Made by a program: the position numbers and the translations under genes. From positions 831 through 64,830 of the IMG/VR virus record IMGVR_UViG_3300048909_000132: 64,000 nucleotides of DNA. The stretch is one strand, 5' to 3'. The DNA is from a virus. Its lineage: Duplodnaviria > Caudoviricetes. Positions within the stretch are counted from its first letter, which is position 1, and each line of letters opens with the position of its first letter. Under the pieces are notes generated by a model. The model made no database searches, was not told the DNA's origin, and saw only the letters and a list, made by a program, of their open reading frames with translations. Below are positions 1-7,444 of this stretch, piece by piece.

Positions 1-2
1 GG

Positions 3-122
3 TTCCAGCCGTCGCGCAGCAAGTTCCCGATCAAGGCACGCGCTGCCGATGGCTCGATCAAGCTCTACACCCAGGATGTCGTGCGGCGCTTCCTGCTGAC
101 GCTTGCAGCGAAGGAGGGCTGA
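3..122 (+). CDS. 5'-truncated hypothetical protein
   Basis: Open frame from the window edge ending ...LAAKEG-TGA in the GGAGGGCTGA junction motif. Confidence 0.4.
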   Translation, partial: FQPSRSKFPIKARAADGSIKLYTQDVVRRFLLTLAAKEG

Positions 123-125
123 ACG

Positions 126-296
126 ATGCGCGCCAGTGCGGAGCGATTGGTGTTCTCTCCCATCATAGCGCACATTGAGGCAGCCGACGCCAACACCAAG
201 CAATGGGTGCGGCGGGATTTCACGTACATCTGCGATGTCGGGCAGGAGGTTGCTATCGAGCCGATGCCGCGCCGTCCTATCAAGCATATCGCGTGA
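126..296 (+). CDS. hypothetical protein (56 aa)
   Basis: ATG after GGAGG; stop overlaps next start (TGATG). Confidence 0.45.
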   Translation: MRASAERLVFSPIIAHIEAADANTKQWVRRDFTYICDVGQEVAIEPMPRRPIKHIA

Positions 297-448
297 TGAC
301 GGTCGCAGAACTGATCGAGGCACTGTCGCACCACCACCCCGACGCGCGGGTGGTGGTGATCGACAACAGCGACAGCGGCAACCCCGTGCCATTCCCGGTG
401 CTGTGCTTGACCGAGTACGAACCGGGCGAAATCACAGTCGAATACTGA
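296..448 (+). CDS. hypothetical phage protein (MTVAELIEAL...PD type)
   Basis: Common phage N-terminus; TGATG coupling on both sides. Confidence 0.55.
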   Translation: MTVAELIEALSHHHPDARVVVIDNSDSGNPVPFPVLCLTEYEPGEITVEY

Positions 449-459
449 TGGAGATCAAC

Positions 460-738
460 ATGACCAACTACTTCTGGCACGTCGACCAGCGGGTGCGGCT
501 GACCACCGACGTTGCGCCGTATCCGCTGGGGCTGTTGCCCAAGGGCGCATGCGGCCTCGTGGTCGAGGTCCGCGACAACGCCACCGTCGGCAACCCGATT
601 GCCCATGTGCTGATGGATGACCGCTTCGACTTCCTCGACGAGTGGGACAACATGCTGCAAGTGTTCCGCTATGCCGACGAGGCGTCGGAGGTGACGGAGC
701 AAAACTTTGAGGTGATCGAGCCTCACGGCTTCGTCTGA
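460..738 (+). CDS. hypothetical protein
   Basis: GGAG RBS before ATG 460; protein-like composition. Confidence 0.6.
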   Translation: MTNYFWHVDQRVRLTTDVAPYPLGLLPKGACGLVVEVRDNATVGNPIAHVLMDDRFDFLDEWDNMLQVFRYADEASEVTEQNFEVIEPHGFV

Positions 739-740
739 CC

Positions 741-770
741 TTGCAACGCGGCGCATTATGCGCCATATGA
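741..770 (+). promoter_or_regulatory. sigma70-like promoter with palindromic operator GGCGCA-N3-TGCGCC
   Basis: TTGCAA-N17-CATATG, palindrome at 750-764; near-identical copy at 3471-3499. Confidence 0.55.
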
Positions 771-821
771 TGCGACGCGGCGCAGGCATCGTGCCTTCGC
801 CATTCCAGAGGGATCGTCCCG

Positions 822-1088
822 ATGAAAACGACTATCCGCTTCGACATCCACGACATGACCTCGACGACGGGGCGTTGCCACATTGGCGAGCGCTCGACGT
901 TCGATGAGGCAGAGCATCTGGCGCGCTGGCACGCAGCGCGGCGCGGCATCCGCGTCGAGATCGGCAAGATCACCCAGACCGCCAAGCATCGGCACGAAGA
1001 GCAGATGGCGACTGTCACGCGTGATGCACTGGGGCGTCTGTGGACGGACCTGACGTGGCACGGCGCGCTGTTCGTAGGGGAGGGCTGA
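822..1088 (+). CDS. hypothetical protein
   Basis: ATG with GAGGG RBS, first gene after the promoter. Confidence 0.7.
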   Translation: MKTTIRFDIHDMTSTTGRCHIGERSTFDEAEHLARWHAARRGIRVEIGKITQTAKHRHEEQMATVTRDALGRLWTDLTWHGALFVGEG

Positions 1089-1090
1089 CC

Positions 1091-1504
1091 ATGGCTTGGA
1101 TCACTGACGCGGACGGCTGGCAGTCCCGCAAGCTGCGTGGCGGCGGCACCGACTACCGCATGCTGGCGTCTGACACCGGACGCCCGCAGTTCTCAGGCGC
1201 CGCCAAGCGGTTTGCATGGGTCTACGTGGCGGCTGATGGCACCGTGGTGTCGAAGTCAGCGGCGGGGTTCTCGCGCCGCCACGCCACCGTTGAGGACGCG
1301 AAGGCCGCAGTCGCCCCACGCGCGGCTACCAGCCTCGACACGCCATGGAACGATGACGCGGACGGCTGTGCGCCATCGATCCTTGCAGCTCTGGTCGAGG
1401 CCGAGGCGTTCATCGCGGGCTTTGAGGGCGACGACATGCAAGAGCCTTCAGTCGATCCGATGCTGGCGCGTATCCGCGCCGCAATCACCCTGGCGGGAGG
1501 CTGA
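1091..1504 (+). CDS. hypothetical phage protein
   Basis: RBS GGAGG; C-terminal LAALVEA...RIRAAITLAGG tail typical of small phage early proteins. Confidence 0.7.
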   Translation: MAWITDADGWQSRKLRGGGTDYRMLASDTGRPQFSGAAKRFAWVYVAADGTVVSKSAAGFSRRHATVEDAKAAVAPRAATSLDTPWNDDADGCAPSILAALVEAEAFIAGFEGDDMQEPSVDPMLARIRAAITLAGG

Positions 1505-1506
1505 AC

Positions 1507-1863
1507 ATGACCAAAGTCTACAATCCGCAGTGGGGGCACATGATGGATGTCGATGCCCCCCTGATGCGCCGCATGCGCGGACAGAACTTCGCGACAATGC
1601 ATACCGGAGGAGGTTGCATGGCGTGGCAGCGTCCGACCGACGATGAGGGGTACCTCCTGATCACGTACGTCGACGCCGTGCTGGGTTCGTGGTCCGACCG
1701 CAATGACCCTCAGTGGCTGGTCGGGCGATACAACGATGATGGCGATTTCATCTGCGTCAACAGCATGACGCTGACACAGGCACTGCGTCTGGCCGATGGG
1801 CTACGCGCGCCTGTGGCGAACGAGCAAACCAGCGTCTCGGCGCTGGATTACCGGGAGGGTTGA
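1507..1863 (+). CDS. hypothetical protein, paralog of the C-terminal half of 2842-3393
   Basis: Shared TGGGC..W..PTDD, W.VGR, DDG.FI and TL..AL.LA motifs. Confidence 0.75.
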   Translation: MTKVYNPQWGHMMDVDAPLMRRMRGQNFATMHTGGGCMAWQRPTDDEGYLLITYVDAVLGSWSDRNDPQWLVGRYNDDGDFICVNSMTLTQALRLADGLRAPVANEQTSVSALDYREG

Positions 1864-1866
1864 GCG

Positions 1867-2391
1867 ATGAGTGACGGCGCAATGATCGCCAGGGAGTTCC
1901 CCGACTTCGACCTGGGGACGCTGCCGATCATACCCGATGGCTTCGTCTGCACCGCTTGGCACAACGATACGTGCCCGACGTGGCACGAGGGTGAGAGCTT
2001 GCACGAGCCGAAACCGGGCGAACTCATGCTGGCGATCGACTACGCGGACAAGACGCTGCGGGAGTTCCCCGAGAGCAGTCACGACCGATTCAGCCTGCAT
2101 ATCTACGCGGACAACAGCCCGACGTTCCTCGTCCAGTCAGACGATTGGGCTGAGATCGAGACGGCGGTGACGTTCGCACGCTACGTGCGGTTGCTCGGGT
2201 TGGGTTTCCATCCCGATACGCGCGGTGACGACTACATCAACGGTGACGGCTCGCGCACGTTCAGCGACGACGAGGCGACTGCGTTCGACGCAACGGTAGA
2301 GGCGATGTTCGGACTGGGCGACTGCTACCAGTTCAGCCTCGACATCTGGCGCGCTCTGGGCCTGATCACCAAAGCCGAGGCAGGGCGATGA
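1867..2391 (+). CDS. hypothetical protein
   Basis: RBS; coupled to neighbours. Confidence 0.7.
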   Translation: MSDGAMIAREFPDFDLGTLPIIPDGFVCTAWHNDTCPTWHEGESLHEPKPGELMLAIDYADKTLREFPESSHDRFSLHIYADNSPTFLVQSDDWAEIETAVTFARYVRLLGLGFHPDTRGDDYINGDGSRTFSDDEATAFDATVEAMFGLGDCYQFSLDIWRALGLITKAEAGR

Positions 2392-2654
2392 CCGACCGAG
2401 TCTACGCGGTCGAACTGGCTGACGGGCAAGCGTTCGTCTTCAGCGCCAATCTGGTCGAGGCCTCCGCTGGCATCAGCGTGAACTTCCACGACGCTGACCG
2501 GGCGAGCGATTGGCAGATCACGCCCTATCAGACCGCGGACGCGCGCCACGACGCCTTCACTGCCGCCTGCATCCTGGCAGAGCATTACGCCACTGGCAGC
2601 GACGACTGCACGACGGTCGCGAGCGTGGAACCCATGCCGCAGGAGGAGGAATGA
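2388..2654 (+). CDS. hypothetical protein
   Basis: ATGA overlaps at both ends. Confidence 0.65.
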   Translation: MTDRVYAVELADGQAFVFSANLVEASAGISVNFHDADRASDWQITPYQTADARHDAFTAACILAEHYATGSDDCTTVASVEPMPQEEE

Positions 2655-2845
2655 CCAAGCGCCGCTCCACGATGAGCTACAGCCGCGCGCTGGAGTGGAT
2701 AGTGGACAACGATGACACTGGCTGGCTGGACGAAGACGGCTGCGGCATTCCCAGTGTCACCGCCTGCCTTGTGGCTGACATCTACGATCGCACAGAGGAC
2801 GAGGTGACGGCTGACCTACTCCGACTCGCGGCGCGGCAATCATGA
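2651..2845 (+). CDS. hypothetical protein
   Basis: GGAGGAGG RBS, ATGA overlaps. Confidence 0.65.
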   Translation: MTKRRSTMSYSRALEWIVDNDDTGWLDEDGCGIPSVTACLVADIYDRTEDEVTADLLRLAARQS

Positions 2846-3393
2846 CCGCGCACCGCTACCAGCCCCGCCTGCGGCCCGCTGGGCACGCCACGCTGCCGCC
2901 AGGGTGCCAGTGGAGCTACGTCGAGGCGCCCGCCATGCACGGCCTCTGCAACCGCCCTGACCTACCGCAATCGATCCACCCCTATGGCGTGATCGAAACC
3001 GACCGACCGTTGACCCCGCAGGAATGCGAACACTTCGACCTGACCCCGATTGGAGGCCTGACAATGGCGACCACCGTTGAAGCGATCATGAGAGCGCACG
3101 GCTACGATGACACCTCGACCGGAGGCGGATGCTACACATGGTGGCATCCGACCGACGACGCGAGCGTGCTGTGGATATGCACGGTCGAGAACTCCCTGGA
3201 CGGCGATCCCGACATCGCTGAGTGGTACGTCGGGCGGCACAGCCAGGACGATGGCGGGTTCATCCAGTGCAGCGACTTCCTGACCCTGGCAGACGCCCTG
3301 GCGCTTGCGCCGCGCATCCCGTCGCCCGTCCGACGCGTCGACTCTGGCGAGGTCCAGCTCACCCTGTCGCGCGCCGAACTTGAGAGGGGCTGA
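2842..3393 (+). CDS. DarA C-terminal-like domain fused to a paralog of 1507-1863
   Basis: Y..RLRPAG.ATLPPG...HPYGVIETDRPLT..E.E.FDL.PI resembles the DarA_C motif; internal GGAGG-N7-ATG at 3064. Confidence 0.6.
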   Translation: MTAHRYQPRLRPAGHATLPPGCQWSYVEAPAMHGLCNRPDLPQSIHPYGVIETDRPLTPQECEHFDLTPIGGLTMATTVEAIMRAHGYDDTSTGGGCYTWWHPTDDASVLWICTVENSLDGDPDIAEWYVGRHSQDDGGFIQCSDFLTLADALALAPRIPSPVRRVDSGEVQLTLSRAELERG

Positions 3394-3400
3394 CCCCCCT

Positions 3401-3456
3401 CTACGTGCGGCTATCACCCCTACGTGCGGCTATCACCCCTACGCGCGGCTATCAGG
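3401..3456. repeat. Tandem 19-bp repeat CTACG(T/C)GCGGCTATCACCC x3
   Basis: Units at 3401-3419, 3420-3438 and 3439-3454; the third unit plus GG recurs at 6128-6145. Confidence 0.9.
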
Positions 3457-3470
3457 AAAACGACCACCTC

Positions 3471-3499
3471 TTGCGTGCTGGCGCACTATGCGCCACATG
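3471..3499 (+). promoter_or_regulatory. sigma70-like promoter with operator GGCGCA-N3-TGCGCC
   Basis: TTGCGT-N17-CACATG, palindrome 3480-3494; twin of 741-770. Confidence 0.55.
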
Positions 3500-3510
3500 C
3501 GGAGGGTACG

Positions 3511-3744
3511 ATGGAGTGGGACATGACCCCCGAACGATTTCGACAGTCTCTCGAGCTACTTGAGTTCAGCCCGCGCGATTTCGCCGCCTGGGTGAACGCC
3601 AACGATCGCATGGTGCGGCGCTGGGCGTCTGGTGCGGCGACGATCCCCGACGACATGTCGCAGTGGCTGGAAGGCCTCGCCAGGTATCTGGAGGTGAACC
3701 CCCGACCGCGCATGCACAGCGCGCAGTGGGGGCGCACAGCATGA
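3511..3744 (+). CDS. XRE-type helix-turn-helix protein
   Basis: MTPERFRQSL...FAAWVNANDRMVRRWASG..IP pattern; GGAGGG RBS. Confidence 0.7.
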   Translation: MEWDMTPERFRQSLELLEFSPRDFAAWVNANDRMVRRWASGAATIPDDMSQWLEGLARYLEVNPRPRMHSAQWGRTA

Positions 3745-3941
3745 TGACGCCACAGCGTTTCAAGCAGTGCCTGGAGCAGATCGGCTGGACCCTGCGGGGT
3801 GTGGCCGATCGCCTGGGCCTACCGCCCACCCGCATCCGGCGCTGGGCTGACGGAGAATACGCGGTGCCCGCCGAGGTCGCACGCTGGCTCGACAAGCTGG
3901 CCAGCACGCACGAGCGCATGCCACCACCGGAGATCGAGTGA
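3741..3941 (+). CDS. XRE-type helix-turn-helix protein (paralog of the previous gene)
   Basis: MTPQRFKQCL...VADRLGLPPTRIRRWADG..VP. Confidence 0.7.
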   Translation: MMTPQRFKQCLEQIGWTLRGVADRLGLPPTRIRRWADGEYAVPAEVARWLDKLASTHERMPPPEIE

Positions 3942-4300
3942 TGAGCAAGACCATTCTCGGCTGCCTCGCGGCAGTGCTGCTCACGTCTGGCTGTGGCGGG
4001 AGCCAGCAACAGATTACAGCCCAGCAGCAGGAGCGGTGGGACCAAGAGAGGCTGCACAGGGAACAGATGGCACGGGAAGGTCAGCGGGACACCACGCAAG
4101 CGCCGCCCGAGGTGCAGGCACAGGAAGACTTTCTGCGCGCACGAAATGAGTACGCCCGAGACTACTGCGCCAATCAGGCAGCGATGGCGAACATGTCGCA
4201 ACGCGGCTTGCTCAACGCGGCCTTCGCTGGTGTGGGCATGCAGGCGTCGTGCATCGACTTCTACAACCGCACCGGTCATCTGCCAGGACAGGGCTTCTAA
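3941..4300 (+). CDS. putative lipoprotein
   Basis: Basic/hydrophobic signal ending LLTSGC (Cys18). Confidence 0.65.
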   Translation: MSKTILGCLAAVLLTSGCGGSQQQITAQQQERWDQERLHREQMAREGQRDTTQAPPEVQAQEDFLRARNEYARDYCANQAAMANMSQRGLLNAAFAGVGMQASCIDFYNRTGHLPGQGF

Positions 4301-4331
4301 GGGGCCACGCTCTGCGCAATTGGAGAGACAC

Positions 4332-4583
4332 ATGAGCGACAGGACAGAGTTGGACCTCCGCGCCGAGTTGGCGCGCATCGATCGCGATCGAGCCGAGACT
4401 CAAAAGCTGTTTGATGAAGGGCGGAAGCTGCGCGCCGAGGAAGGCAAGCTGTTGCGCGAGGGTGAAAAGTTCCGCGCCGAGGAACACAAGCTGTGGCGCG
4501 ACTGGCGCATGGCACCATGGGTTTTCGCAGTCGGCGTGATCGGCGCCATCATCGGCGGTCTGCTCGCGAGACACCTGCTATGA
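4332..4583 (+). CDS. coiled-coil protein with C-terminal transmembrane helix
   Basis: GGAGAG RBS; E/R/K-rich heptads then WVFAVGVIGAIIGGLLA. Confidence 0.65.
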   Translation: MSDRTELDLRAELARIDRDRAETQKLFDEGRKLRAEEGKLLREGEKFRAEEHKLWRDWRMAPWVFAVGVIGAIIGGLLARHLL

Positions 4584-5098
4584 GCCGGATTCCTCGCCGC
4601 CTGCGGCAACGACCGCGCGACAGTCATGGCCGCGTGATCCCCTACGTGGTCTTAATCCTGCCAGACGGCACGCCGGAGTTTCGCGCGCCCGACACGGAAC
4701 GGTGGAAGCTGTGTCTCAGGCAAGAGCGATGCTCACTGTGCGGCGTGCAGATGCGCGACGGCTATTGGTTCGTCGGCGGCCCGAGATGCGCCGATCATCG
4801 GCTGTTCATGGATCCGCCGATGCACCACGACTGCGCACGCTATGCGCTGCAGGTCTGCCCGTTCCTCGCAATGTCCAAGGCGCACTACAGCAGCCTTGTA
4901 CGCAGGCCTCCGCCGCCCGGTTTCGTCGAGGTGCCCGGTGCCAGCGATGAACGACCGGAGCGCTTCATGCTCGGCGAGGCCACTGTCTACAAGATGGTGC
5001 GCGTCGAAGGTGTGCCGTTCATCAAGGCCGGCATGTGGCGGACGCTGCACTGGTGGAAGGACGGCGTGGAGCTGGACGAGGTGAAGCGAGCCGCGTGA
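4580..5098 (+). CDS. Cys/His-rich conserved phage protein
   Basis: CSLCG, PPMHHDCARYALQVCPFL motif. Confidence 0.7.
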   Translation: MSRIPRRLRQRPRDSHGRVIPYVVLILPDGTPEFRAPDTERWKLCLRQERCSLCGVQMRDGYWFVGGPRCADHRLFMDPPMHHDCARYALQVCPFLAMSKAHYSSLVRRPPPPGFVEVPGASDERPERFMLGEATVYKMVRVEGVPFIKAGMWRTLHWWKDGVELDEVKRAA

Positions 5099-5113
5099 AG
5101 GAGATTGTAGGCA

Positions 5114-5305
5114 ATGCCGAGTGATCCAGGAACCACCGAGCCCAAGGTCACTCGATCACGCCCTAAGCACGAATGGGGTGAAGATGTGATGCGCGAAATG
5201 ACTGACTACGTACGTGGCATTTACGGTCGTCATCCCACGACAAAAGAGGCCCATCAAATGTATTACGCGTGGCAGGAAGAGGTGGAGCGAATCTATGGCG
5301 AGTGA
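5114..5305 (+). CDS. hypothetical protein
   Basis: ORF track 63 aa, same orientation as operon. Confidence 0.5.
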   Translation: MPSDPGTTEPKVTRSRPKHEWGEDVMREMTDYVRGIYGRHPTTKEAHQMYYAWQEEVERIYGE

Positions 5306-5482
5306 TTCCCCAACGACGCCGCCGATATGCACCTTCCCCAGATCTGCTGTCAGATCGAGCGGCGACCTGACCAAGCACAAGGAAACCCGTAGGCTCGCAG
5401 ACGCGATCGGCACAGACGGCCTCGTGGTGGCGCTGACCGGCGATTGTGCGGCGATGGCGCCGATGGATCGAAGGGATTGGCG

Positions 5483-6127
5483 ATGAGTGACGAGCGCGAG
5501 GATTGGGGACTCGCTGGTGATCACATGACCTACAGCGAGACGGCTGACGGCACGCTCACCCTGACGTTCAGCGACAAGGGCAACGGACGAACCTGTTCGG
5601 ACTGCCAACTGTGCTGCAAGCTGCTGCCGGTCCCGGTCCTCAACAAGCGTGCGAACCAAAAATGCCAGCACCAGCGGCACGGCAAGGGCTGCGCGATCTA
5701 CGCCGACCGTCCCTACGCATGTCGCACATGGTCGTGCCGCTGGCTGTCAGATCGAGCGGCCACCGAGGGCATGCCGCGCCCTGACCGCGCGCACTACGTG
5801 ATCGATATCGTGCCCGACCATGTCGAGCTGATCGCGGATGAAAAGACCCCCGACCACAAGCGCCGCGTCGACGTGATCACCGTGTGGTGCGATCCGGTTT
5901 TCCCCGACGCCTACCGGGACAAGCACCTACGTGCGTTTATGCTGAAGATGGCACAGGAGTATCGCCTCGCTACGATCGTGCGCTGGTCGTCCACCGACGC
6001 GATCACCGTGTTCCCGCCGCCGTTCGACAAGGATGGGCAGTGGCACGAGATCCGCGGCAACGCCGTGGAGCGTGGCCACGACGATCTGCTCGACCTGGCC
6101 AGCAGGACGACCATCGTGCGGTCCTGA
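5483..6127 (+). CDS. YkgJ-like CxxCxxCC cysteine-cluster protein
   Basis: CSDCQLCCK...CQH...CAIYADRPYACRTWSC. Confidence 0.75.
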   Translation: MSDEREDWGLAGDHMTYSETADGTLTLTFSDKGNGRTCSDCQLCCKLLPVPVLNKRANQKCQHQRHGKGCAIYADRPYACRTWSCRWLSDRAATEGMPRPDRAHYVIDIVPDHVELIADEKTPDHKRRVDVITVWCDPVFPDAYRDKHLRAFMLKMAQEYRLATIVRWSSTDAITVFPPPFDKDGQWHEIRGNAVERGHDDLLDLASRTTIVRS

Positions 6128-6145
6128 CTACGCGCGGCTATCAGG
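6128..6145. repeat. Distal copy of CTACGCGCGGCTATCAGG
   Basis: 18/18 identity to 3439-3456; lies at the convergence of + and - operons. Confidence 0.85.
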
Positions 6146-6338
6146 GTTCCAGTCGGATCAGATCATCCGGCCACAGGTCTTCCAGCACTCTGGTATCGCC
6201 GTTGGCTCGCGTCAGCTCCACGCGGAGGTAGCGTCGATCTTCCCCAGGCTCCACCCGCACGACGGTCCACAGCCTGTCATCCTCCAGGCGCACCATGTTG
6301 CGTGGCCGCAGATTGGTGATGCGGCGCAGTATCATCAT
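6141..6338 (-). CDS. hypothetical protein
   Basis: beta-rich 65-aa ORF at the end of the - strand operon. Confidence 0.5.
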   Translation of the reverse strand: MMILRRITNLRPRNMVRLEDDRLWTVVRVEPGEDRRYLRVELTRANGDTRVLEDLWPDDLIRLEP

Positions 6339-6534
6339 CGGTCGTCCTCCTACGTTTGCTGCGTTTGCGCGGCGGCGAGGGCTGCGCAAGCTTGGCGGCA
6401 GCGGCATACCAGCCCGACCGGAACGCGCGCTCGATCATTGCCTCGTGCCGTTGGGTCAGCAGGCCGAGGCGTTGCTGATAGTCATGCCACGCCGCATTGA
6501 CCTCGGCGGTGTAGCCCGGTTGCTGCTCATTCAT
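6277..6534 (-). CDS. hypothetical protein
   Basis: ATGA overlap with the QueD-like stop. Confidence 0.6.
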   Translation of the reverse strand: MNEQQPGYTAEVNAAWHDYQQRLGLLTQRHEAMIERAFRSGWYAAAAKLAQPSPPRKRSKRRRTTDDDTAPHHQSAATQHGAPGG

Positions 6535-6830
6535 GGGCGGGCCTCGACCAGATAACCGAGCGTCGGCCTGCGCACGACCACGCGCGTCAAATGCAGAGCG
6601 GTCTGGCCCAGGAACCAGTGAGCCAACGCCTCCATCGTTGAATCGCCAACGCTGGCCTCCAGCACAGTGTGATCGACCAGCGACGCTATGTCGCGCGCCC
6701 TTCTTTCAAACACCGGTAAATCCCAGTCCACGACCGACCAGCACTCGACCAGATAGGAGTGCCCGTGCATCCGTCCATCGGCATCGCGGTGCGCCGCCTC
6801 GACGTTCACCGTCACGGCACGCTCGATCAT
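6531..6830 (-). CDS. queD: minimal QueD-like T-fold protein (6-carboxytetrahydropterin synthase family)
   Basis: EAAH...HGHSY.VE, DH..L, TME.LA.W motifs; adjacent to QueE. Confidence 0.75.
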   Translation of the reverse strand: MIERAVTVNVEAAHRDADGRMHGHSYLVECWSVVDWDLPVFERRARDIASLVDHTVLEASVGDSTMEALAHWFLGQTALHLTRVVVRRPTLGYLVEARP

Positions 6831-7444
6831 GGAATGCCCCATGTCTTGTGCGCCTGGATCGCCAGCCGCCATTCGGGGTGCGCCAAGCAGTATGCTGCGG
6901 CTGCCCGCGTGTTGGCTTTGCGGCTTCGACTGTCCATCGGTGAGAGCCAGCGATAGATAGCTGCAAAGTCGGTGAACAGTTCCGGCTCTGCACCGCGCTG
7001 CGGGTAGACGAGCTTCAGTTCGTCGGCATCCTGCAGCACCAGGTCCGCGCCTGCCTTCGGGCTGACGCACAGCCAGTCGACGTCTGCGGGCAACGGCTGA
7101 GTGCCGTTCGTCTCCACCGCGATGAAGAACCACCTACGGTGCAGTTCCACGACGAGTTGCTTGTCGACCTGTAGCAGGGGTTCGCCGCCGGTCAGCACGG
7201 TCATTCTGTGGTGCTGCCCATCAGGCCATAGCCGCTCGATCGCATCGACGAGCGTGTTCGCATCGCGATACTTGCGACCGCCAACGAACTCGGTATCGCA
7301 GAACTTGCAGACTGCCGAGGCACGATCGGCCTCGCGGCCCGACCAGAGATTGCATCCGGCGAACCGCACGAACACCGCAGTGCGACCGATCTGCGCGCCC
7401 TCGCCCTGCGCCGTCAGGAATATCTCTTTGACCGCGTAGCTCAT
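6827..7444 (-). CDS. queE: 7-carboxy-7-deazaguanine synthase QueE (CX14CX2C radical SAM type)
   Basis: VKEIF.T.QGEG...G..AVFVRFAGCNLWSGRE.DRA.AVCKFCDT, LTGGEPLLQ, ETNGT, SPK, WRL..Q.HK. Confidence 0.95.
   Translation of the reverse strand: MSYAVKEIFLTAQGEGAQIGRTAVFVRFAGCNLWSGREADRASAVCKFCDTEFVGGRKYRDANTLVDAIERLWPDGQHHRMTVLTGGEPLLQVDKQLVVELHRRWFFIAVETNGTQPLPADVDWLCVSPKAGADLVLQDADELKLVYPQRGAEPELFTDFAAIYRWLSPMDSRSRKANTRAAAAYCLAHPEWRLAIQAHKTWGIP

Noticed and set aside
3401-3456. 19-bp repeats as a mini-CRISPR or attP
   Set aside because: The units are directly tandem without spacers; no integrase or arm sites were seen.
3941-4300. Lipoprotein as an o-spanin
   Set aside because: It is in an early + strand operon with no overlapping or adjacent i-spanin.
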